In this document: piece after piece, positions 30,078-39,427 of the stretch | How the letters are laid out: each line of letters starts with the position of its first letter | Position numbering within the stretch: the first letter of the stretch is position 1 | Source of the DNA: Candidatus Hydrogenedentota bacterium | Lineage (GTDB): Bacteria > Hydrogenedentota > Hydrogenedentia > Hydrogenedentales > SLHB01 | Direction: 5' to 3' | DNA length: 64,000 nt | Assembly (NCBI GenBank): GCA_963674865.2 | Contig: CAXXYE010000004.1 | Coordinates: forward strand, 576,001-640,000 | The notes under the pieces: generated by a model | What the model was told of the DNA's origin: nothing | Database searches by the model: none | Seen by the model: only the letters and a program-made list of their open reading frames with translations | Translations under genes and position numbers: made by a program

Positions 30078-30231
30078 GATGCGACCACCTCTTTCCACGT
30101 ACTATCCAAGGCCACACCGCGCCTCGGAGAAGCGCATCATAGCATCCGCCTCCTGGCGCGGCCAATGCGAAAGGCGAGACGCCTTGCATGCAGCCACCGG
30201 GAGGCTGGTCCTGCGCGCCGCGCGGTAATCC

Positions 30232-30260
30232 TCGACATTCGTCCGCCGATAGCGTATCCT
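30232..30260 (+). promoter_or_regulatory. Sigma70-type promoter for purH'-purD
   Basis: TCGACA-N17-TATCCT. Confidence 0.5.
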
Positions 30261-30334
30261 ACTTGGCCCACTTGGCCGCGGCCTTGCGGGGATGTCAATG
30301 CAGTGATGCGGCAGTCCGCTGAGGAGGATCGGCG

Positions 30335-30940
30335 ATGCTGAAAGTCAGGCGCGCAGTACTCAGTTGTTACAACAAAGCGGGACTCGTGGAATTCGCACAG
30401 CTCCTGCGGGAATTGGATGTCGAGATCGTCAGCACCGCCGGCACTCGGCGCGTGTTGAATGACGCGGGCATCGAGGCCATTGAAACCGGTGATTTCACGG
30501 GGGTGGAGGAGATGCTGGACGGCCGCGTCAAATCGCTCCATCCCAAGATTCACTCCGGACTGCTCGGCATCCGCGATAACAAGGTCCACGTTGAGCAAAT
30601 GCACGCCCACGATTATCCCTGGATCGATCTCGTGGTGGTCAACCTCCATCCCTTGGATGAGGTCATCAACCGGCCCGGCATCACCGTGGACGAGGTCGTC
30701 GAGCAGATCGACATCGGCGGCGCGTCGATGGTGCGTTCGGCCGCCAAGAACTTCCGCTACGTGGCGGTGGTCGTCGATCCCGAGCGCTATCCGGCCGTGA
30801 TGCACGAACTGCGGGCGCATGAAGGCGAGATCCGCTTTCCCACGCGCTACCGGCTGGCCCAGGAGGCCTTCGCCTGCATCGCCGACTATGATCGCCTTAT
30901 CTCGGAGTATCTGCGAAGCGCCGAACCGTCGGAGGAGTAA
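30335..30940 (+). CDS. purH: Stand-alone IMP cyclohydrolase (PurH N-terminal MGS-like domain)
   Basis: EMLDGRVKSLHP, IDLVVVNL, EQIDIGG, RSAAKN; ends at 201 aa with no AICAR transformylase domain. Confidence 0.8.
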   Translation: MLKVRRAVLSCYNKAGLVEFAQLLRELDVEIVSTAGTRRVLNDAGIEAIETGDFTGVEEMLDGRVKSLHPKIHSGLLGIRDNKVHVEQMHAHDYPWIDLVVVNLHPLDEVINRPGITVDEVVEQIDIGGASMVRSAAKNFRYVAVVVDPERYPAVMHELRAHEGEIRFPTRYRLAQEAFACIADYDRLISEYLRSAEPSEE

Positions 30941-30943
30941 TCC

Positions 30944-32221
30944 GTGAACGTACTCGTCGTTGGAGGAGGAGGGCGCGAGCACGCGCTGGTTTGGAAACTG
31001 GCCCAGAGCGCGGAGGTGGAGCACGTCTTCGCCGCGCCGGGCAGTCCCGGCATCGCCAGGCAGGGGCAGTGCGTCTCTATCGCCGTGGACGACTTTGACG
31101 CCCTCATCGCCTTCGCGCAGGAGCGAGAGGTAGGCCTCACGGTAGTCGGCCCCGAGGTCCCCCTCGCCAAAGGCATCGTCGATCGCTTCGCCGAAGCCGG
31201 CCTGCTGGCGTTCGGCCCAACGGCCGCGGCGGCGCGCCTTGAAGGAAGCAAGGCGTTTGCCAAGGCCTTCATGAAACGCCACGGCATTCCCAGTGCCGAG
31301 TACGAGGAGTTCACCGACGCGGACGCGGCGGTGTCTTATGTAAAGGAGAAGGGCGCCCCTATCGTGATCAAGGCCGACGGTCTTGCCGCGGGCAAAGGCG
31401 TAACCGTCGCACAAAACGTGGACATGGCCATTGAGGCGATTCGCCACGCCATGGTTGACGGCGTGTTCGGCGAGGCCGGAAACAAGGTGATCGTCGAGGA
31501 GTGCCTCGTAGGAGAAGAGGCCTCCATCCTTGCCTTCACGGACGGTTCAACCGTGGCGCCCATGGCGCCGAGTCAGGATCACAAAGCCGTGTTCGACGGC
31601 GATCAAGGCCCCAACACCGGGGGCATGGGCGCCTACTCACCGGCGCCCGTGGTTTCCGATGCGCTGTTCGACGAGATACGCGAGCGCGTCCTCTTGCCGT
31701 GCGTCCGGGGGATGGCTCAAGAGGGCGCGCCCTACATCGGCGTATTGTATGCGGGCCTCATGATTACCGAGGAAGGGCCCAAGGTCATCGAGTTCAACTG
31801 CCGCTTCGGCGATCCGGAGACGCAGGTGGTCCTGCCAAGGATGAAGTCCGATATTCTCCCGGCCCTATTGGCGTGCTGCAACGGCACACTGGATCAGGTA
31901 GACATCGCATGGGATGACAGCGCCTGCGTCGCGGTGGTCATGGCCTCGGGGGGATATCCCGGCGCCTACGAGAAAGGCAAGGCCATCACCGGCATCGACG
32001 CCGCCGAGAGCGAAAGAGGAGTCGTGGTGTTCCACGCCGGTACCAAAGAGAGCGATGGGCGCCTGGCGACGGCAGGGGGCCGTGTGCTGAATGTAACAGC
32101 ATGCGACGTAGACATTGCCGCCGCTATCGAGAAGGCCTACCGCGGCGTAGCAAAGATCGCGTTTGAAGGGGCGCATTTCAGAAAGGATATCGGTAAGAAA
32201 GCGCTGGATCGCTCGCGCTAG
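30944..32221 (+). CDS. purD: Phosphoribosylamine-glycine ligase
   Basis: GGGGREHAL, KADGLAAGKGV, QDHK, GPNTGGMG, EFNCRFGDPE. Confidence 0.97.
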   Translation: MNVLVVGGGGREHALVWKLAQSAEVEHVFAAPGSPGIARQGQCVSIAVDDFDALIAFAQEREVGLTVVGPEVPLAKGIVDRFAEAGLLAFGPTAAAARLEGSKAFAKAFMKRHGIPSAEYEEFTDADAAVSYVKEKGAPIVIKADGLAAGKGVTVAQNVDMAIEAIRHAMVDGVFGEAGNKVIVEECLVGEEASILAFTDGSTVAPMAPSQDHKAVFDGDQGPNTGGMGAYSPAPVVSDALFDEIRERVLLPCVRGMAQEGAPYIGVLYAGLMITEEGPKVIEFNCRFGDPETQVVLPRMKSDILPALLACCNGTLDQVDIAWDDSACVAVVMASGGYPGAYEKGKAITGIDAAESERGVVVFHAGTKESDGRLATAGGRVLNVTACDVDIAAAIEKAYRGVAKIAFEGAHFRKDIGKKALDRSR

Positions 32222-33162
32222 GCCGGCGCGGCCTTGTCCTCAGTCGAGAGCCAGCGCGCCACAAGACGCGGTACGGGCCGGCTCTTCGCCTGAAGCAGCC
32301 CCCGCATCGCCTCGCCCAGGACGAAGTCACTTCCGTGGAATGCCTTGCCTGAACTCGAGACGACGCCCACGCTCAGATTGGCCTGCGTCGGCAGATTCGG
32401 ATCGGCGAACGTGGTGGACTCGACTTCCTTCATGATCTTCGTCGCGTAGCCCACGGCGTCTTCAAGCGGAGCGTGGGGGAGGACCGCGGCGAACACGGTG
32501 CCGTCGTAGCGCGCCACCACGTCGAACGTCCGCGAGTAATTCCGCAAGGCCATCCCGATTTCCGCGAGAAGGTCGTCGAGCGAGACGGCGCCCAACTCCG
32601 CATCCACGGGAACGACCTCATCAATATCGAACACGACACACGAAACCGGATAGTCATATCGCCCGGATTTGTCGATCTCCTCCTGGAGGCGCTCCAAGAG
32701 GTAACGCCTATTTCTCAGTCCCGTCAGGGGATCGGTATAGGCCGTGTCAAATAATCCCCCGTCATCCTGCTGGAGGAGGTCCTTGACCAGCTTGTTCCGG
32801 ATGGCCGACTCCACCTGCACAATCACGATGGGCAGATTGAAAGGCTTGGTAATGAAGGTGCCCACCCCGAGCCGTGTCATCGCAGGGAGATCATGAGACG
32901 GCGCACCCCGCGTCGAGATGATGCCGGCGGCGATCCGGCCGGTGCCGCGGCCGTCCCGCAGCCGCTGCAACACCTCTTCGGCGCTCATGTCGGCCAACTG
33001 GCCCAACAGGATCAAATCGACATCGTTGGACGTACACGCATCGAGCGCCTCCGCGCCCGTCTGGGCAGGGATCACGTGGTAGTTGTTAAGCTTCAGCCCT
33101 TCAAGAAGCTCGTGCGCCCCCGACACGTCTTCATCAGCCACACAGACATAGAACCGCCGCAA
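32218..33162 (-). CDS. Pseudo-receiver + degenerate GGDEF protein
   Basis: REC-like (DLILLG, FITKPF); TDPLTGLRNRR; RTFD I-site; DGTVF in place of GGDEF. Confidence 0.82.
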   Translation of the reverse strand: MRRFYVCVADEDVSGAHELLEGLKLNNYHVIPAQTGAEALDACTSNDVDLILLGQLADMSAEEVLQRLRDGRGTGRIAAGIISTRGAPSHDLPAMTRLGVGTFITKPFNLPIVIVQVESAIRNKLVKDLLQQDDGGLFDTAYTDPLTGLRNRRYLLERLQEEIDKSGRYDYPVSCVVFDIDEVVPVDAELGAVSLDDLLAEIGMALRNYSRTFDVVARYDGTVFAAVLPHAPLEDAVGYATKIMKEVESTTFADPNLPTQANLSVGVVSSSGKAFHGSDFVLGEAMRGLLQAKSRPVPRLVARWLSTEDKAAPA

Positions 33163-34018
33163 TGCACACTCCCGTACTTCGCGCCTCTACCTCGAAAGTC
33201 CCCTTCTTGCACAAGTTTACCGCATACAGGGCGAATTGGCAAATCTGGCGGGCAATCCAGGCACGAAGGCGGCCAACTGGGGAGCGCCGCTGCGGGCATG
33301 CCGGGAGCCTTCTCGCTTCCGCTCCGTCCGTAGGGTATTTCCGCCCCTCAGGGAGCACTGCGCCTATCAACGCCGTCATCAAGACATGTCAGAATGTCCC
33401 AATGAGTGGCGGGGCGGGGGGGGATTTCTCCCCCCCGCGTTCACTCCCAGTCTTCGACGGCAATGAGTATCGAGCCTGTATGCCCGCCTCTCCGGCTTTG
33501 GAAACATCCGCCCCAGGAACGCTGTCCCCGCCGCTCGGCACGTCCAAAAGATAGCTGAGATCATAAGCATTCCCTCCACGTTGAGAACGATGACGGTTTC
33601 CAACGAGACGGATGCTGTGACCAAAGCTGAGAAGGCACACGCAATCCCGGTACTAATGCCTGAACATGGGCACCTTCAGGAGCATCAGTGGTTGTGATTG
33701 CTCAAGGCAAGTATATCACACGAGACACTCCCCGAACGGCTTTCTGGATACGTCTCTCACGCAGGAGTCGGCAGTGTGCCAACTCCACAAGCAATAGGAG
33801 ATAGAAGTCATGATTCTGCAACGACTCAGCATCTTTGCCTGAAACGAGCCTGACAAGAATCTCGTTTGGACTTCCCTCCTCGCCTGCCAGCGCTGGAGCG
33901 CGAGTTCCTCACGTGCGACGCGTCCAAGTTCTCTGGATGGCACACGGCCGTTTCCGGGAACGGAAGGCTCTCTAATCGGGCACGCGGCGTAAGATGTCCA
34001 AGAACGATTGCAGGGCGC

Positions 34019-34711
34019 TCAGTTCGGAAGACCTCTTGTCCTTTCGGCAAGAACTTGCCAATTGGAGAACAACTGCTCCTCGCCCTTGTTGCTCCAATAT
34101 CCCTCGTCCAAGTGGATGCTGTGAACCAAGAACCCATCGAGCATCTCATCAAGCTCACGTCGGCTGGTGAAGTAGTGGACATCGCCCGGCAACACTGATT
34201 TCGACGCTGCGTAGGTGTGAGGGGCAACACACTTCCCGTGTCCATCTTTCCCATCTCTGCGCGAAGGGCAAGTGAAGAAGAAAAGGCCGCCGGGCCGCAG
34301 GAGGTCGTGAATGTGTCGGATTGCCTTCACGAAATCGCTTCGATGGCCGTGATAGATGACGTTATAGCTGATCACCACGTCGAACGAGGCCCAAGGAAAG
34401 GGCTGCTCCCCTGCGTCGCACACCGCGCTCGCCACACTCAGTCCGAGAAGCTTCGCCCAATCTTGGAGCTGCCGGACTGCCTCGGACGACGCATCTGTGG
34501 CGGTTACATCAAATCCGGCCTGGGCGAAGGCGATTGCGTGACGCCCCGGCCCACAGCCCAGATCGAGCACGCGGGAGTAGGTATGCGGATCCAACGACGC
34601 AATCAGCTCAACAACCTCTGGCGCCGGCTTCCGCCACCACTCGAGATTGTCCGCATCACGCCAGTATGCCTCCCAGCTTTCGCTCGCCACTGTCAGCACC
34701 TCCCGTCCCAT
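34019..34711 (-). CDS. Class I SAM-dependent methyltransferase
   Basis: VLDLGCGPGRHA, LLRPGG; start at ATG 34711 or GTG 34690 (the latter has a GGAGG RBS). Confidence 0.85.
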   Translation of the reverse strand: MGREVLTVASESWEAYWRDADNLEWWRKPAPEVVELIASLDPHTYSRVLDLGCGPGRHAIAFAQAGFDVTATDASSEAVRQLQDWAKLLGLSVASAVCDAGEQPFPWASFDVVISYNVIYHGHRSDFVKAIRHIHDLLRPGGLFFFTCPSRRDGKDGHGKCVAPHTYAASKSVLPGDVHYFTSRRELDEMLDGFLVHSIHLDEGYWSNKGEEQLFSNWQVLAERTRGLPN

Positions 34712-34859
34712 CGAAGCGAGTATCGTACCACATGCTGGACGATGTCCCTTGTCTTGCCAGGCTGCTCCCGCATAGAATGCCCCCGCCAACAGCCGCGCCC
34801 GGCATGGGCCGGCGAGCTATGAGGCTCCGCACAAGCAAGGTTAGGAAACCTACCTCGAC

Positions 34860-35291
34860 ATGAACAGCGCCTTTGGGATGAGCCGGAGAAAGAGGCGTCC
34901 GACTATCAACATCACGTCCCTCATTGACGTGATCTTCTTGCTCCTGATCTTTTTCATGGTGTCGTCGACTTTTCGCGAGCATGTGGGCATCGATGTGGCC
35001 CTTCCGGAGGCGGAGACGACGGATGTGCAGGAAATGGCCACCCACGAGATCGTGGTTACGGAGGCGGGGGACTTCTATTTCGGCCAACAGAAGGTGGATG
35101 AGGCCGCCCTCCGAGACGCCATTGCCTCGCTCCTAAAAGCGGAGCCGGAGGCCACGCTCGTCTTGCGGGCCGATGAGAACGCCGACTTCGGTAAGGCCGT
35201 ACGGGCCATTGACATCGCGCGCAGCGTGGGTGGGACGCGGCTGATCATACCGACTCGGGAACTAGGAGAGAACCGGCGCGCCGGCCGATGA
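34860..35291 (+). CDS. exbD: Biopolymer transporter ExbD/TolR
   Basis: INITSLIDVIFLLLIFFMV TM segment with the conserved Asp; LRADE. Confidence 0.9.
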   Translation: MNSAFGMSRRKRRPTINITSLIDVIFLLLIFFMVSSTFREHVGIDVALPEAETTDVQEMATHEIVVTEAGDFYFGQQKVDEAALRDAIASLLKAEPEATLVLRADENADFGKAVRAIDIARSVGGTRLIIPTRELGENRRAGR

Positions 35292-36002
35292 ATCGTCGCC
35301 GGCTTCGCCAGCCTGCTTCTCCTGAAGACGCGCCAGACGCTGCCTGACGCTTTCCGCGTAAGGGGATTCCGGGAAACGCGCAAGATAGCCGTCGAGTGCC
35401 GCCGCGGCGGCAGCGGGCCGCTGCATTTTCCCCGAATAGACCTCGACAAGCCGGTTCACTATCGGCAGGCACTTCTCGGCGGAATCCATGAGCCGGACGC
35501 CCCGTTCGAACCACTCCGCCGCCTCTGCCGGGCGGTCCAGCCGCATCAACAGGTGGCCGATGCGCACCGGGGCCGTGGGCTTGTTGGGAAAGATCCGCGC
35601 GATAACCATATACTCGCGAACCGCCCCCTCGAAATCGCCCTGGTGTTCGAGCCCCTCCGCCGGGCCGTAGCGCGGCTCCGTCGGATCGTCGCGTTCGGGG
35701 GGAAGCAGGGAATCGACGATAAGCCGCGAGGCCATTGAGGTCACCATGGGGCCGTAGAGCGCCGCCCCCGCCACCACCAGGCCCAACACCGCGAACATCA
35801 ACCGGACTGGGGCGTCTCCCAGCCAGTACCGCGCCGAGGAGATCTCGAAGGCGTAGAAGATTAGTACCAGGATGAGCGTCAGCGCCTCGATACTGAGGGG
35901 CAGCTCGTCATGATACCAATACCGGCGACGAAGGGAGTACACGCCCCATGAGAAGAAGGCGATCAGCAGAAGGATCGACGCAAAGGCGCTCAACAATACC
36001 AT
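35262..36002 (-). CDS. Membrane protein with C-terminal TPR repeats
   Basis: Three N-terminal TM helices, then TPR-like helices (GDFEGAVREY, RFPESPYA). Confidence 0.7.
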   Translation of the reverse strand: MVLLSAFASILLLIAFFSWGVYSLRRRYWYHDELPLSIEALTLILVLIFYAFEISSARYWLGDAPVRLMFAVLGLVVAGAALYGPMVTSMASRLIVDSLLPPERDDPTEPRYGPAEGLEHQGDFEGAVREYMVIARIFPNKPTAPVRIGHLLMRLDRPAEAAEWFERGVRLMDSAEKCLPIVNRLVEVYSGKMQRPAAAAAALDGYLARFPESPYAESVRQRLARLQEKQAGEAGDDSSAGAPVLS

Positions 36003-36233
36003 CGCGTTACGGCACTCGTCCCCATTGCGGGCAGGACCGATTCCCACCCATTGCCCACCGGCTCGCCGGAGGCTTGACGCGTGCTTACATTAAACGCTTC
36101 ACCGGCGACTTGTCCAGTTTCATTTCCCTGGGGGCCGTCCTGCCAATTGCGCGGTGCAGTCGAGTCATCCGGCGCTCGCGGCCCTTTTCTACACGTAAAC
36201 CTTCCTACCGCCGCGGAATCACCGTCGTAGGCA

Positions 36234-36262
36234 TTGACCTTGAGGGAGGCGTCTTGTACAAT
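36234..36262 (+). promoter_or_regulatory. Sigma70-type promoter with extended -10
   Basis: TTGACC-N17-TACAAT, about 215 nt upstream of the radical SAM gene. Confidence 0.7.
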
Positions 36263-36476
36263 GGCCCACGTAAGATGTAATTGACGCTGGGTTTTTCTGG
36301 CGTGTACTTGAGCTGGGAGGCGTTCGGGGTCCTCGTTCAAAGTTCTTCCAGCTCTGCGGCTCGAACCGGGAGAAGACATGTCGCCCTTTCACCTGGCCGA
36401 CACAGGGCAAGGGTGCTTTTCCCGATGAGTCAGTCCACAGAAAGAGCCGCATAACAACCAAGGAACTCTTCTCGCC

Positions 36477-38225
36477 ATGCATGACGCCCATCCCGTGCAC
36501 CCTCTCGGAACCGAGGCCCGCGTACTGCTTTCCAGTGTCTTCGGGCCTTACGCCCAAGACGATGAATACGGCAGCCGCAAGATGAATCCCATGGAGCTGT
36601 ACCATAACCAGGTGACGCGGGTGCAGGGCCCGTTTTCGCTGCGGATGTTCCACCGCTCGTTCGGCCTGATGATGATCAAGGCGAATATGGACGCGCCGTG
36701 CACACTCCTGGATTTCCCCACGCAGGAGCGCTTCATCGAGGAACTCAGCGCGAATACATACGACATCATCGGCATCAGCGCCATCATGCCGAACATGGGC
36801 AAGGCCACGCGCATGTGCGAGTTGATTCGGCAATACCAGCCGCACGCAACCATTGTTATCGGCGGACACATCGCCAACGTCCCCGACCTGGACAAGCGCT
36901 TGGATGCCGACCATATCGTGAAGGGCGACGGTATCCGCTGGTTCCGCACGTTCTTGGGCCAGGATGCCGACGCGCCTGTACGACACCCTGCCGTCTACTC
37001 CGGCTTCGGCACGCGCATTCTCGGCGTTGACGCCCCCGATAAGACGGGCGACACCGCGGCTATCCTTGTGCCGTCGGTAGGATGTCCGATGGGCTGCAAC
37101 TTCTGCTCGACGTCGGCCATGTTCGGCGGAAAGGGCAAGGGGGTGACGTTCTACGACACGGGCGATGCCCTGTTCGCCGTCATGTGCCAGCTCGAAGAAA
37201 AGCTAAAGGTAAAGTCCTTCTTCACGCTGGATGAGAATTTCCTCTTGAACAAAAAGCGGGCGTTGCGCCTGCTCGAATTGATGCAGGAGCACAACAAAAG
37301 CTGGGCCTTGTACGTCTTCAGTTCAGCCCGTGTGCTTCAGTCTTACACGATGGAGCAGCTTGTAGGCCTCGGCGTGTCCTGGGTGTGGATGGGCCTCGAG
37401 GGGCGCGACAGCGCCTACGACAAGCTCGCGGGCGTGGATACGCATCGTCTTGTGAAAGAATACGAGGCCCATGGCATTCGCGTTCTAGGCTCCACCATCA
37501 TCGGCTTGGAGAATCACCGCCCTGAGGATTTCGACGAGATCATCGACTGGGCCGTAAGCCACGACACCGTGTTCCATCAGTTCATGCTGTACACCCCCGT
37601 TCACGGCACGCCCCTCTATGCGCAACACAAGGAAGACGGCACGCTGTTGCCCGAGGAGGAACTCTCGCTGGCGGATTCGCACGGGCAGTTCCGCTTCAAC
37701 TACCGCCATAAGCACATCCCCGCCGGCGCCGAAACGGAGCTCATTCGCCGGGCCTTCGAGCGCGATTTCGAGGTCAACGGCCCCAGCCTGCTTCGCATGT
37801 TCCGTGTTACGCTCTTGGGCCTGCGCCGGTACCGTTCACATCCTGATGCGCGCGTGCGGGAACGCTTCGAACGTGAGGCCCAAAGCCTCGGCGGAACCTT
37901 CGCGGCGGCGGCCTGGGCCATGCGGAAGTGGTATCGCAAAGATTCCCGCATTCGGGACAAGGCCGACGCAGTGCTCCGTGACATCTACGCCCAGTTCGGC
38001 CTGAAACCGCGTATTTCGGCGCCCCTGCTCGGAAGGATCGTCTACATCGCAATAAAGCGCGAAGCCAAGCGCTTGGCCAATGGCTGGACTTACGAGCCAA
38101 CCACCTTCTACGAGAAGAATGCCCGGGCGCTCGAACTCGCGGATGCTGAGGGCGTAACCTCGCCGGCGAATGCTGCCGCGGAAGCCGATTCGGTAACCGG
38201 CGAACTCCTCCCCGTCACGGACTGA
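36477..38225 (+). CDS. B12-binding-domain radical SAM protein
   Basis: YDIIGIS..IVIGGH..IVKGDG cobalamin-binding-like region; GCPMGCNFC (CxxxCxxC). Confidence 0.88.
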   Translation: MHDAHPVHPLGTEARVLLSSVFGPYAQDDEYGSRKMNPMELYHNQVTRVQGPFSLRMFHRSFGLMMIKANMDAPCTLLDFPTQERFIEELSANTYDIIGISAIMPNMGKATRMCELIRQYQPHATIVIGGHIANVPDLDKRLDADHIVKGDGIRWFRTFLGQDADAPVRHPAVYSGFGTRILGVDAPDKTGDTAAILVPSVGCPMGCNFCSTSAMFGGKGKGVTFYDTGDALFAVMCQLEEKLKVKSFFTLDENFLLNKKRALRLLELMQEHNKSWALYVFSSARVLQSYTMEQLVGLGVSWVWMGLEGRDSAYDKLAGVDTHRLVKEYEAHGIRVLGSTIIGLENHRPEDFDEIIDWAVSHDTVFHQFMLYTPVHGTPLYAQHKEDGTLLPEEELSLADSHGQFRFNYRHKHIPAGAETELIRRAFERDFEVNGPSLLRMFRVTLLGLRRYRSHPDARVRERFEREAQSLGGTFAAAAWAMRKWYRKDSRIRDKADAVLRDIYAQFGLKPRISAPLLGRIVYIAIKREAKRLANGWTYEPTTFYEKNARALELADAEGVTSPANAAAEADSVTGELLPVTD

Positions 38226-38310
38226 GCGGACTGCGGCGCGCCTGTCATGCGCCGTACAACGAGCGTGTTGCCTTGTCCGAACATGTTGTTCCTAGGCGCC
38301 GGAAGCCGCA

Positions 38311-38339
38311 TTGACATTCCCCCTGCGAGGCAGTATTAT
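38311..38339 (+). promoter_or_regulatory. Sigma70-type promoter for purC-purF
   Basis: TTGACA-N17-TATTAT. Confidence 0.75.
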
Positions 38340-38533
38340 CGCGCACGTTGGGCGTGCGCCAGGAAAGGCGCGCCAAACGCCCGTTCGGACGTGCTCAGCC
38401 TTGACATGAATCACTCAAAACCCCTTCTGTGCGCGTTGAAGAAGACGAAGAATGATGGTATGGCACACGCCGTACGTCTTCGAGCGATTGGCAAATACTT
38501 CTTTTAGCCGGAAACGACAAGTGGGGTATCCAA

Positions 38534-39424
38534 ATGGGCAACACAGCGCTTTGTGAAACCAACCTTCCAGGACGCCAGCCTAAGGCCCGAGGCAAGGTAC
38601 GCGATATCTACGACCTGGGCGATCGCCTGGCCATTGTCGCTACGGATCGGATCTCTGCCTTCGACTGGATCAATCCCGTCGGTATTCCGGACAAGGGGAA
38701 GATACTCACTCAGATGTCCTTGTTCTGGTTCGACCAGATCAAGGAGCTTATCAAGATCCACCTTATTAGCGCCGACTTAGGCGACTTCCCCGAGGACTTC
38801 CGCAACGCCCCGGAGCAGTTCGAGGGGCGCTCCATGCTCGTTCACAAGTGCGACATGTTCCCCGTCGAATTCGTGATTCGAGGCTATCTCGCCGGAAGCG
38901 GCTGGAAAGAATATCGCGAGCACGGTACCGTCTGCGGACACAAACTGCCGGAGGGCCTTGTCGAGGCCAGCAAGCTCGAAGAGCCCATTTTCACGCCGGC
39001 CACAAAGGCGACGGACGGGCACGATATCAACATCAGCCCCGAGAAGGCGGCCGAAATACTCGGCCCGCAAGCGATGGCCGCCGCGGATGCGGCACGGCAA
39101 GTCTACCTTCGCGCGCGCGAGATTGCCGCCGGGAAGGGCATCATCCTCTGCGACACGAAGTTTGAATTCGGGACCTGCGGAGGCGAACTGGTGCTGGCGG
39201 ACGAGATTCTCACGCCGGATTCCTCGCGCTTCTGGCCCGCCGACCTCTACCAACCTGGCAAGAACCAGCCGAGCTACGACAAGCAGTTCGTGCGGGACTG
39301 GCTCGAGACCACAGGCTGGGATAAGAACTCGCCGCCGCCGCCCTTGCCCGAGGATATCGTGGCGAAGACACGTGACAAGTACCTCGAAGCCTACACGAAG
39401 CTAACCGGAAGGACGGACTTGTAG
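38534..39424 (+). CDS. purC: SAICAR synthetase
   Basis: GKVRDIY, TDRISAFD, DTKFEFG, DEILTPDSSRFW, DKQFVRDW. Confidence 0.97.
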   Translation: MGNTALCETNLPGRQPKARGKVRDIYDLGDRLAIVATDRISAFDWINPVGIPDKGKILTQMSLFWFDQIKELIKIHLISADLGDFPEDFRNAPEQFEGRSMLVHKCDMFPVEFVIRGYLAGSGWKEYREHGTVCGHKLPEGLVEASKLEEPIFTPATKATDGHDINISPEKAAEILGPQAMAAADAARQVYLRAREIAAGKGIILCDTKFEFGTCGGELVLADEILTPDSSRFWPADLYQPGKNQPSYDKQFVRDWLETTGWDKNSPPPPLPEDIVAKTRDKYLEAYTKLTGRTDL

Positions 39425-39427
39425 TCT

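Noticed and set aside
30137..31447. 436-aa minus-strand ORF
   Set aside because: Antisense to the well-supported purH' and purD.
33163..34018. ORFs or c-di-GMP riboswitch in the ~850-bp gap upstream of the degenerate GGDEF gene
   Set aside because: Short ORFs lack motifs and codon bias, and no GEMM consensus was recognised; left unannotated.
36355..36452. Hammerhead-like arrangement (ccgatgag...gaaa) or cobalamin/SAM riboswitch
   Set aside because: Core reads CCGAUGA rather than CUGAUGA, stem II and the NUH site are missing, and B12-box and SAM-I consensus elements are absent.
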